A DNA stretch of 62,593 bases, counting the filler, from Bipalium vagum (Eukaryota), in the NCBI GenBank assembly GCA_037834085.1. It is 3 parts of 3 records of this genome, joined end to end, with 100 filler letters (N's around TTAATTAATTAA, not from the genome) between each part and the next. Parts side by side here need not be neighbours in the genome. Positions count along the whole stretch, not along the records: positions 42,868 to 62,593 come from JBBMKC010269257.1; 2 more parts are not named here. One strand, 5' to 3'. Of the stretch, positions 50,111-62,593 are shown in pieces. A program made the position numbers and the translations under genes. The first letter of the stretch is position 1. The number at the start of each line of letters is the position of its first letter. A model generated the notes under the pieces. It made no database searches. It was not told where the DNA came from and was given only the letters and a program-made list of their open reading frames with translations.

Positions 50111-50577
50111 TAATGGTCTTGGTATCCTAGATATTAAAATGACTATGAATTAGTCATAACTTAGTTGATCCTGTCAACTGGGCAGCAACAAATTATGTCG
50201 AAGCGTTTTGGTATCAACTAATACGAAAATTGAAATATGACTGGGTCAAACAAAATTATACTAGTGTCTTAATTGGATGAGGCTACAATGATAAAATTTT
50301 TGTTAAATAAATTTTAATGATCATTTATTAGTGACCAATGTATTTTTAAAGTCCATGGTGTAAATGTTATCTGAAATAAAAAATTCTTATATTATATCAT
50401 TAAAAAGCATTTTTTAACCAATTTTTATAAAACAATAAAATTATGCTTATTTAGAAATTTTGAATAAAAATACTTTTGTAATAACTTTCAAAAAATATAT
50501 ATCACAAGATAAAATCCTCAATTCTTAAAAGATAATACCACAAATAATTAACGTGAAGACCGCAGCGATATTATAAG

Positions 50578-53500
50578 TCAAGGAATGTTATAATCGAAGA
50601 CCTGATTGAGATTTCCCATAGAAATAGATTTATAATGCATAAAAGAAATTTTGAAGTTGAGATTTGAGTTTGTATCGTCATTTTTCATTAAAAATTCCGG
50701 TTTAACAAGACTCAACTTCTCAAACACAAATTCGTGACTCATTTTCAATTTGATATTTTTTTGATTTGGTTTGATTGTAACAGAAATTCTATTTTCCGAT
50801 TTTCCGTAATTGATTTTCCAGCAATGATCATTTAATTTATCTATAGCCAGACTTTCTTTTGAGAATACTTCTTCTATTATTCCTTCGCTAAGCAGTTTCA
50901 CAGTAACAATGACCGACCTAAAATATAATAAATTCACCAATTCTTTGAAATCTGTATTGTTAGTTTAATTTATAAATTACAATTAGGCTATAAATGTAAA
51001 TTCAATAATGAAAATTAATTATATTATTTTTAAAAATTTGCGAAACAATAACAATTTGTTTCTTTTATACTCGGAAATTTAAATGTTAATTATTTTTTGT
51101 ATAAGTGATTTAGTAAAACATTTAATATTTTTTGTTTCATAATCACTAATTTTATTAAAAATTGTTAATTTAAATTAAGTATTCAGTATATATTCAAAAA
51201 ATAATCTAATATACGATAATATTGGAAAAAGCTAATTAAATTAATACTTAATTAAGTTCCATAAAACAAGTCAGAGCATTGCAATTGCATACTCTATTAA
51301 ATGATTTGAAGACTTACTTGTTATCTTTGAACCACGCACTAGACAAAATGAAATCAAACTGGACACTGGAACTATTTGACTTAGCCCACCTAGCTTGACA
51401 ATCAATGATTTTATCCGCGTGACTGCTGACACTAGCCAAATATTCAATTATTGGCAGCGAAATTCTATTTGATAATTGCAATTTCGAATTGGAATCCGAT
51501 TTTTCACTCAACAAACTTCTCAATTTTTCCGAAAATATGGAAATGCAGTAAGTGCTCCTATCCAGTTTTTCCAGTCTGAGGAGAGTATTAAAAGTTTGGA
51601 ATAAGTAATAAAGTCAAAAAACATGAAAATGAAAACAAAATCATCCACTTGTTGTTACATTTCTATATTAAATTATCCACTCTCTTTATATCCTTTCTCT
51701 CTGGAAGATGATAATTTTCAACTATTGCTTTATTTTAATTTTGAAGAGTGAAATTTTATTAAATACCGAACAATTAAAGATCAGAACTGATGTTTCAATA
51801 ACAAGACTAAGACTAAACTAAGATTATCTAAATATCATTACAAGAAAACAAAAATCCAACTACATAAATGTCAACCATATTGATCATTATCTTTTATCGA
51901 ATTAAACATTCCAAATAACGAATGAAGTGCTGATGACAAGAATGTGGTTTTTCACTTTCAAAATAAATTCTATTTTTAGTAACACATACCTTAGAAAGAA
52001 TTTTAAAACAAAATAGCATCATTTTTGCTTTCGAAATGTCCTTAATAATTTTTTGTTTCTTTATTATTGATTTTAAAAAAAGTAAAGACCATACTATTCA
52101 TTTTTCATAATTTCGACTATTAATTAATCTTTATTTGATCATTTCTGAATTCGGATAATTTTTCTGTCAAAGATTAAATTATTTGTGTAATTCAGATAAA
52201 ACTATAACTGGAAGAGAAAATTTCTAAAATACTTTTAGAAAATCACAGTCAAGTCACTTATGAAAAATTGATAGTAGAAGCAGGATATATGATGATCTTA
52301 ATATACCGAAGGCTCTCTTTTACAAAAAGTACTGAAAACAAAATAATGTGGCCATAGAGGAAATAGTATTAAAAAATAGAATAATAAAAAGTATATTTAA
52401 AATTATAAATAAAAAATTTGAATTAAAAGTAAATCGTAAAGTTACTACTTTGCTAAATGTTCCAGCTGATGAGAGATTTTAGATGATGAAATTTGTTGAG
52501 AATTATCTACCATCTTAAATGCAATAACTGGGGGGAGTTCATTAACAGGTTTGTTTAGCAAATAATGTTTGAGAGACAAGGGAAAGGCTATAGTGACCTG
52601 GCCTTGAACATTGAAAAGATTTTTTGTAACATCCGATGAAATAACGTCAATTACTGCACAGGCAACTGGCACGGACATTACCTTTTTTTCAATTGACTGA
52701 ATCTGTGAAGACAAAATAAAATTATAATTTTCTAAAAGAAGCTAATCTTATCGTATTTTTATATGTAATTCTTCATCGAAGCGAATGTTGAAAGATAGAT
52801 GGAAAAGGACAATTTTACTACCTTTTCATTTGTCAAAACAATTTTTTCGATTATTTTAAGGTTTAATATTTATTTTAACTAAACATTTTTATGATAAAAT
52901 AATAATGGGTTTCAATATAATAAGGATAATAATAGAAATATTAATAATAAAAAATACCAATCACAATAATAATAACTCAAAATAATAATAATAATATGGA
53001 AAATACTTCCCCATCGTTGCATTACTACCCAGATGGGCTTTTCTTTTACGATTGATACCCTAATGGGCTTTCATCAGTTTATGGCCTAACGTGATTAATT
53101 GGAAATTCATTAATGATATGGATTTTCATTTTTTTATTAATACCCTAATGAGTAGATGGAAACATTTCCATCAACTCTAATCAGGAATGATTTTCATGAT
53201 TAAAGTTTAAAACTGCCTGTATCCTTGCGATAAGACATTAGGGTGAGCGATTTTATCGATATCATTGATTGCCTAACGTGTTTCAGTTTGATCAATGAGA
53301 TTTCTGGGAGAGTTTCTATTAGTTATGTCATAAAAAGATGTTCAACCTTCCACGAATAACTAGAGAGGAAACTCGTGGATGGTCACATTTAATTAATAGT
53401 TTTAAATCGATGTATTTAAAATTAAATATGCTCGATTTTCTTTATTACCATTATTTTTATGATTTTATCAGTACTTTATTTTTTGAATTATTGACATTAA

Positions 53501-54524
53501 TTTATTAAGACGTCTGTGAACATAGCAGTTGCCGTTATCTTACTGAGTTATTAACATACAATTAGTACAATTCCAGAGGTGTCGATTATTAGTTGTGAAA
53601 CGTTTTTTGTAACAGTAAAACTTAACCAAAATAAAAGATTTGGAATTCAGATAAGACCCAAAAACCTTTCATGTTTTGGAATTTTCAAATAACAAAATAA
53701 TCAAATTTTCAATATTCAAACATTAATAATAATAATAATAATAAATCAAAAACTGATACTATTAAAATTAATAATAATTTTTAAAATATTAAATGGTTTT
53801 TTTTAGACTCTTGTAAATATGGATTCAAAATGATTCATTGTCATTTTGATTTAAATAAAAAAAATAATTTTAATTTTTTATTTTTTATTTTAAATTTTTA
53901 TTTTTATTTTAAATTTAATTTTAAATTATTTTTTATAATATTTGCGTGAAATGTGAATTAATTATTGGATAAAACCAAATAAAACGAAAAATATATTTCC
54001 GAAATATAGTTTTTCTTTGAAGGGAAAATCAAAACAATTGCTTCCTTGGTGACGTGAATATCAATTCTTTATTAACAAATCGATCTAAATGTTGTTTTTT
54101 ACGTTTCTATTTGTTCTCTACACTGTTGTCAGTTAAATTGTTGTCACAACGTATATGAAATAATATCACTTTTCAGTGTTAAGTTAACATCACTTTAATT
54201 TTAGTTATTTGACAATCCAGCCAAAAATAATTTTTCTAAATTAAGTTTGAGAGCAATTCACGAAAACCTATCACATACATGAACTTTAATGGATATTATT
54301 TATATTTCTTATATAATATCTAAGCTCAGAATAACATGATTACGAAGAAAATCGTTTAAATATATTTCAAATAAATAATAATATAATTTTATCAAATATA
54401 AAATTCGCCAAACATTTTCGTCAAAAATTCAAAATTAATTTTTTTATTGTTAACTTTTAAAATATAAAAAAATCCCTCGTGTGAAAATAAGTTTTTTGGA
54501 AAATTTATTATCATATAATTGTAT

Positions 54525-54568
<44 letters not shown>

Positions 54569-57500
54569 CAAGAAATTTAATACTTTAATTGCAATTTAAA
54601 GTTAAAGACTAAAACAAATTTAGCACCATCATTTTAAGATGTATTTTAAAAATTCAAAGTTTAGTTTTTATATTATGGTCCTAGGAACGCAGAATTCCAT
54701 TCCATGTTATGTTTTGCTTTACTGAGCTCTAATTACACTAATGTTGATTTCACAATTAAAATCTCACTTTTTCTTTCATTTCATTATATGATCCTGTGTC
54801 CAACTGGTTTCGAAAGTCTTGAATTTCAGACACCGACATGGATCGTCTATATAGCTTTTCTTTGGATAGATAAGAAACAGGTCTAGAGGACCTTTGTAAA
54901 TTAGAAGTTTTCTTTGTCATATCAACGCTTATTCGGGTTTTATTTGGAAGAGGAAGCTGTAATGCAGCATTCATTAATACGGAATCTGTAACATCATATT
55001 TTTTCGATGTTTCATCCATAGGTCTGATATGAAGCTGAAGATAATTTTGGATTATGAAAGTTAGTTTAGAAATGGCAATATATCGTTTTATAAAGAAGGT
55101 GTGTGTATATATAACGATATATATATTCAAATTAAAGAGTTACAAAACAGAAAAACCTAATAATTACATATATGTATATTTGATCAATATTATCAATAAT
55201 TTTTTTTGGCTTAAACATTAAAATTGATTTTTAAAATACATGTGAAATCTAGGTATTTTTAAATTAAAATTCAAGATTTTTGGGATTTTACCTGAATTAT
55301 TTTGCCAATCATTTTAATGTTAATAAAATAAATAATTAATGATTTAATACTCTAAAATGCTTTTTTTATTTTAAAGAGAAATCAGGATTGGGTATTCAAA
55401 TTACATTCTTCCATTATTTTTCTCGAATCTATTAAAGAATCTTAAATTATTTAGAATTTCTACTTTCAGTACTTTTATAATTCACTGTCTTACACGCCTG
55501 TAACCCTCACTGGGTTTAGAAGACATTAAAATTAGATGACAGGGGTATTTAATATATTGATCAGTATCATTATTCAGCGATATTACTTATCAGTCTTCAT
55601 AAGTTTTTTCTGCAGTTCGTTTTAATGAGTTAAAGAAAATATAAAAATAAAATATCAGAATCAAGATTTTTTAGGTTCACTCTCTTTCAATGAAATATTA
55701 CAAATAAAAAAGATTTGCATCAGTTCTGAAAGTATTTTAAAAGTTATGAAAATTATTAATGACAAAGTGGAACCGAAAATAACATATTTCTCTTAATATT
55801 TAAATAATAATGATAATATTGATTAACTACATTAAAGTTATCAACATCAAAACTTATATGAAAATGAGATGCATTATTTTAAATAAAAAGACAAACGAAC
55901 ATTTCTTAATATTTCTTAATAATCAATAATGCTATATTTTCGTTTTATTTGGAAGCTTACACATTTATAAAGAGAATGAAATCAATAATTAATTATTTTT
56001 TCCAACGGTAATTCTAATGTTTCACAAATAATTGGATTCCAACTTGATTCAATAATGCATTAACTCAATTGTTACCAGTCGACTTCTCCACAATTACCTA
56101 ATCTTTTGTTTGCATACAATATTTCTGATCTGTACAATAATATTAAAAAGATCTGTCTGTATAACTGAAAATGAATCATTTAGATCTTTGTGTGCAAGTC
56201 TATTTTTGTGGAGATGTAAAACTTTAATTTTTGTTATTGATTTAAAATACAGATCACAACATATTGGAGATTTTCACAAAAAAGAGTTGAGTTTGTAACC
56301 AAAACTGCAGAAAAAATCAATTCTATTTAAATTCAAAAAATTACTTTTAAAAATGTGCTGTTCAGATAAATAAACTTTTGGTCTCAACATAAAAAATATG
56401 TATTGAATAAGTGAAAAAATAGAAAATCTTTCATTGTTCAGATATACAGAAAAAAATTATTAAAATTTGTGAGTCGATAAAAATATAACAAAATTAAATA
56501 ATCATTAGTTTAAAGTAAGCAAAATATTTAAAGATAACTTGTAAAACAAGAACAAATCAATAAAATATAATTTAGTGAAAACAGATTTTAAAAGATAGTA
56601 ACAAATAGAAATGTAGTTTTTTTATGAATTAATGGGTTCAAAGCTGTGGTGGCACCGAAAATGTAGTTTTCATTTTGAAATAGATTTTATCAAGTTAAAT
56701 TTTCAGAATAAAAAAAATGAGATTGACAAATGTTTAGTCTTATGAATCTATTTGAAGTACTAAACATATGGTCGATACTTTGCTTCTAGTATCCATTCAA
56801 AAGGGGAATCGATTTTTCATTTATATTGAAAAAAGGAAAATTATTTCAGTTTGACAAAAATTGTTAGCAAGGTTAAAAAGTGATTTGAATCGGAAGCACT
56901 TAAAGACTAAAAATTGAGATAATATCTAATTTAGTTCACAATATTTGATCCATTGATTTTTCAAATAAAAAAATGTAACAGGACCTCATTTTATTGCATA
57001 AATATATTGACATTTTAAAACAATTTGGGTACCCCTGTAAATTCAATATAGAGGTCCTTATAAGAGCATAAAGAATTTCATTTTATGTAATACACTGACA
57101 TCTGGGGTTTTTTAAGTTTGAAAATTTTCAGAAACGGTACTACGTAAAGAAAGTAAAGTGACAGTATTTTACTTAAGCGGTTTTAATAATAATTAAATTT
57201 GATTTTGAAAAACTATACTAGATTAATTAGTTGCTAATGATTATTGCAACAAATTGCAGAGTTAGGTATTAGTGGGTAGGTCACAGTAATTTTACTAACT
57301 CTATTGGAGATAAATAAAAAAAATACGATTACCGAGTCATACTAACCTTTTTAAGACCCCTAATTCTATTTCCATCACTTGAACTTGAGGACATAGAAGA
57401 TTCTGATACTGCTTTCCTTTCGTTTTCAGGACTATGTCGAATAATAAATCCTTCTTCATCAACTAAAACACTGTCGTTTAAATTGTTTCTCGACTGCCAA

Positions 57501-60500
57501 CCATCCACAATTGCTTTAAATTGATAATAAATAAATCAATAAATAAAATTCAGAAAAAGAAAAAAGAAATTTTGAAATTGATAATACTTTTGTGATATAT
57601 TTGAGCTTTTGTACACGTGTATTATAACATAATATAAATGAGAGACAGTGAGAATATTGAGTTTTCAATTAAATGTCTAACACTTGAGGTTATTATCAAA
57701 TAGATTATTATTATTTATAATAGATTAATAATTTTATCGGTGCAACGTACAATGCTAACAGAAGTAAATATTAACATTACTTTACTGTAGCTATTCCAAG
57801 AGATTTTTAATATCTTTGAATAATAAAAATTGTTTAATTAAATTAAAATTCTTGAAAGAAATTTTCACAAAAATAGATTTTTATTATTGTAAAAAAATGA
57901 AATTAGATATTTCTGACCAATAAAATCACACATAAATAAATAAATATTTTAATCATTAATGCGTAATAAAAGAAAGTAATAAGGTTGAGTCCTTTATTTC
58001 CCTAGGAAAGAGAATTTACATAAATAATTTTTTCCTTCTCTAACATGCATAATGAAATCGACAAAAATCAATGCTTGAATATAACTTCACAGCATGATTT
58101 CCTATTTTCATTACATTTTAGCACTTTATTTACAAAACAATTGATAATTTCAAAATCTTTACATTAAAAAATCAAAGTTGTGAACTTATCAATTATAAAA
58201 TCGAGAAATAAAAAATGCAAATTGTTACAATTATTTAAAACAGTACTGTGTGTTAGTCTCCTAAACTTTACAATTGGTCCCGCTAGTCAATGCCTGACTG
58301 CTACTTGTAAGAAATTAAGCAAATTCTAGAACCAAGTACAATTTTTGAGGTAATTTAGTAATATTTTTAATTATCCTTTATTCTCATTAACTTTACATTC
58401 CTTTCGCGATATTACATTCACATCCCTTGATAAACCAAAAAATTTACTATTGAAACTTTTTCGACATCAAAAAATTTAATAAAATCTTTTCGACAAACTA
58501 TATTAAGAAATGTTATTTAAAAAAGAAATAGAAATTAAAAATAGATATTTTTTAGAATAAATAAAGAATAATTGAAAAAAAAATCTATCAATTGTGTCAT
58601 TTAATTAAATAATAAAATAGAAATAAGTAAAAATTTTAATCAATTTCAATAATTAAGAAAATATTTTAAAAATTAAAATAAAACTAACATCTTTCGGTAT
58701 CGATCTCGCCTGTTTTGTTGTCATTGAGATTACTAGTTGATTTAAACTTCATAAACGATGAAAATATGGACCATTTTTTCTTGTTTCCTTTTAAAGCAAC
58801 CACGTTAAGCTTCTCAGCATTCCCCTTCACAATACCATTAGAATCCTGACTAACAGAGTCTGGTGGATTGTCTTGATCAATTATATTACGACCACTTGCA
58901 ATGATATTACAAGAAGATTTTCGCAAATGATTATTCTTCATCTGTATTACAGATCAAAGATCAATTTATGAGAATAATAGATTATTAATATAGAAAGAAA
59001 GATTTGTGCAACCAAAAGTAAATTTTAAAAAATTCAACGTTTCAAGTAAACACCTTTTTTAAAATATATTATTGGTAAAAATTGCTAAGAAAACAACACA
59101 ATGCTGAGAAAATTTCCTTGTATATATATATTTCATATTTCATATTTCAGATTATATTTTATTAATAAGTCATTGAATAAAGATTTTAATATTGGATATT
59201 TATGTTTATTAAGTGAAAACGAAAATATAATTATACAAGAAAAATAATTTCACTGAAAATTATAAGAAATAAAATTAATAGAATTCGAAAACAAAGATTC
59301 AATCATCATTCAAATTATATTTTTTATAATTCTCCTCGAGACAATAGAATTAATTTTTGATTATGTAATTTACGGAAAATCAATCATTTCTGTAAATAGA
59401 TTAATTATTTATAACGATAATCTTTAATTATTTCGAGAAAATAATTTGTATTGATAATCAATATAAGATTCAATAGTTATTGTTTTTCAATGAATTATGC
59501 TTATTCGATAAAACATTTGTTTTTAATTAATAATAACAAACGTTTTCATTATTTACATAAATTTAGAAGGAATTTCTGAATATAAAAATTAGTATCTTTA
59601 ATGAAATATGTTATTTCGCCAGCTTTAATTTTAAAACTATGGAAATCTTTGGTTTATAGAATTGGCGATTTTTAAATGTCTTTATGAATTTGGTTATTGA
59701 AGGTTATCTTATTGGTTATTTCATCAACATGAGCTTAATTCTCAATTAATTTACAATAAATGGTCAAGTTTAATACAATTCTTTAATCAATTTGCTTTGA
59801 TATTAACGATTCTTGATTAGTTTATAAAAGACTGATTTCCGATTTAATTAACTTAGAGATCGAGAAAAACCGTGAAGTATTTTAAAATAAAAGCACGAAT
59901 AAATAATTCGAAAAATAGTCACAATAAAGTACACAAAACATACGGGACTTTGATTCGGTAAACCAGATGAATTTATATCGATCAATAAATCATCACCAGG
60001 AACAATTTCTGGAACTTCTACAACTGCTTCAGGAAAAGCTTCCAAATATGGATTCAAAACTGTCTTATTTGATTCGACCCAAGATTGAAATATATCATCA
60101 TTATCAAAAGATCGGTAAAACTGTTTGATGGAATCAACAGATTCCTTAATATCAAATACAAATTTTGCCATACCATTTCCAAAACTTTTTACAAATTTCC
60201 GCACGTTATTCAAATAGGTAAATTGATTTTCCTGGAATTAATTTTTGTTATAATGCAATCAATATCATTTATTTAAATAGCACAATTTTAAAATAAAAAC
60301 TTCAATAATCTGGCTGATAAAAATTTTATAATTAATTTTGAATTTAATAAATAACAAAAGTAAAAGAGGAAAAAATTGTTTTGAATCTTTTCATAAACAT
60401 GAGAAGTAATTAAAGAATAAAAAGAGATTGGAACTGAAAAACCAATAAATAACTGAAAAAAACATTTATTGTTATTTATTATGTTAATTAAGATAAATCA

Positions 60501-62100
60501 GTAAAGTAAAAAAAATATAATTATATTTATCGGCATTCAGCTTTTATTTACAATTAGAAAACATGAGTAAAATAAATAAAAATCAGAATATTGTTTGCTT
60601 TAATTACAACTAATGAATTTTGAAAATCAGAATTACACAAATTTAAAACTATTTAAATAAAGATTATTATTATTTATTTATTTTACTATTATTATGATTA
60701 AGATTATTATTAATTATTATTAGTATGAATATTATATTTTAACAAATATTAATTGACTAGGAATAACAATTCTCATTATTATTAAAGATGAACAGATTTT
60801 TAAAAAAAATTTGAAAAAATTATTATAATGATCACCAGAGAAATTTTAAGATACTCTAAACGAACTCTTCTGAATAATCAAACTAAAAGATAAATAATTA
60901 ATTCATTAATAATAAAATTTTCTAATATTTTTCTTCATGTTGGATAAAAAGGCTCTAATTGCACTCGCGGTCAATTACAAATTGTTAAAATTCATTTCTG
61001 GACAATAGTGTGAACTGACTATTTATTATTATTTCTGTTGAATTTTTTTACACAATATATAATATTGCTCAGATAATGATCGATAATCATTACAGAAAGA
61101 AATTCAAATTTTCTTTGTCAAAAAGACTAGAATTCATAAGTTAATTCGTTAGAATCACAGTCAAAATGCAACAAGATGACAAGAAAGTCTCGATAAACCG
61201 TGTGACATATTTATCTTTCAATAAAAACGAAGTTTGTCAAGTCTCTAAGCATGAAACTGTTATGATAAGAAAATATGTTATATATATATATATATAATCT
61301 GTAATCAATACGACCTTTTTTTCAGAGTTTGTCAAATCTTTTCTTTGGAAAATGTAGTGATAGACGACCAATTTCAAAAGACATCTATGAAAAGATGTTC
61401 AGAAACAGAAGACAGATTATTGGATTTCACAATAAAAGATAATTAAAAATACAAAAACCCTTATCACCTTCAACTTGTTAAATCCTTCACTTAAAACCTC
61501 GAGATAAATTGTTCTGGTTCTATTATAATTCATGACAGCAATTTCGTATAGCTCCTTTGATCTTTTGAGGGACTTGTTTCTTTCATTATCCGTATTCCCT
61601 TGGTATAAATTGAAAATTGAGAAGTACTTTTGCTTAGCTTTTTTTAATTGCACTTCCGCATTCTGAAAACGGAGTTCAACTTGTTAAAATCCAAAACCAC
61701 AAAATCATACCTTGAAATCAGATATCACATTCAATTGACGTGAAGTAAAAACTTTACCGAAAGCTTCATCTTTCTCTTCGCAAGCCGAAGTCAAAACTTT
61801 AATTATTTTACTTAAAGAACTAATGAATTCATTTTGAACATTTGTGAAGACACAAAAAGTAATTGAAAAAAAACTTAGAATTGGATTTAAGCAATAACTT
61901 TTGTCATCAGAATATTGTGATAAACTTCCGTTAATTTTAATTAGAGACTTGACATATAAATCTTGTGCAAAATAAAAATCTTTACATGTTTTAATGAACT
62001 TATTAGTGATTAAAACATTGGCCTGACAACTATTGTTAATTTTTTCGAATCCTAAAAATTTGGAATCATTGAAGAATTTGTAAACATCCTCAGAATTCAT
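50578..62100 (-). CDS. FCHO: FCHO-like endocytic adaptor (F-BAR + mu-homology domain), 9 exons, ~803 aa
   Basis: Phase-consistent GT-AG exons 62100-61711, 61662-61468, 60231-59944, 58941-58689, 57513-57347, 55034-54768, 52702-52449, 51575-51318 and 50917-50578 (2412 nt). N-terminal FF.DSK..GFE F-BAR start, VDEEGFII...SSSSD, KKLHIRP, and muHD start VPVACA...VQGQVTIAFP. Confidence 0.85.
53008..53388. other. GC-enriched, internally repetitive, highly base-paired element in FCHO intron 6
   Basis: Several stems and repeated motifs; details under findings. Confidence 0.45.
54527..54567. repeat. (TAA)n microsatellite
   Basis: Direct reading. Confidence 0.9.
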
Positions 62101-62593
62101 TGTAAAATTATTAAAAGTAAATACAGATCATGATATTCAAATTATTAAATTTTAGTTGCACCTTTATAAGTTAATAAAACAAATAAAAAAGAAATGTATT
62201 ATCAATAATAAAAAATTATAGATTTTATGATAGATAAATAATGTTTAGGATAAGAAAAATATTTATAATTGATTATCTTTGTATACTGACTTAGTAACTT
62301 CACACAAAATTTTCTAAAATAATTTTTCTGAAATTCACAACATAATTAAGTGAATTAAAAAATTTTAAGTAGATAAATTAAGTGATAATTCTATGAATAA
62401 ATTATTAAATATTTTTTCTGGAAATAAAAATAATAAACTAGGGACTTAGAAAGATCTAAGGAAATTAAATCTAAAATTTGAGAAAATCTTTTGTTCACCT
62501 CAATTTATAAGAAAAGGTACACTCCTTTAATTAAGTCTGTTCACCCCACTTAATTGAATGATATAAATGATAATATACATAGATTTTAATACA

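Noticed and set aside
61015-61400. Extra FCHO exons (MSFEIGRL.. and SFDKENLNFF..)
   Set aside because: They contain stops or frameshifts, and exon 61662-61468 joins 60231 in frame, completing the F-BAR domain.
1-62593. CRISPR arrays, prokaryotic operons, rRNA/tRNA genes, alternative genetic code
   Set aside because: No regular repeat-spacer array or recognisable rRNA/tRNA is present. Intact genes translate with the standard code, so in-frame stops elsewhere reflect decay.

Overview
This is very AT-rich eukaryotic (metazoan) genomic DNA, not prokaryotic. An innexin, an axonemal dynein and 42-58 nt spliceosomal mini-introns suggest a fast-evolving spiralian such as a flatworm or mesozoan; this assignment is inference. 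The window is three pieces joined by two identical artificial 100-nt linkers (N44-TTAATTAATTAA-N44 at 25286-25385 and 42768-42867), so synteny across them is not meaningful. Piece 1 holds intronless ERH and the last two exons of a PDE7-like phosphodiesterase. The 10.6-kb intron between those exons is filled with decayed transposons: DD37E, mariner, pogo/Tigger, Tc1, Merlin and two RLE-type non-LTR retrotransposons. Piece 2 holds intronless COMMD3-like, MFS-transporter and orphan genes plus the first 18 exons of DNAH1. Piece 3 holds the first innexin exon head-to-head with a 4-exon tandem-DUF1330-like gene largely missed by the ORF track, LTR-retrotransposon relics, and a complete 9-exon FCHO-like gene. 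The most intriguing unexplained signals are two compact multi-hairpin elements. One (46234-46388) has an Sm-like site and an AUG|GU junction and is a candidate spliced-leader or snRNA-like RNA. The other (53008-53388) lies in an FCHO intron. Mini-intron 5' splice sites are also strikingly degenerate (GTT-type). All homology calls are by-eye motif recognition; no searches were run.
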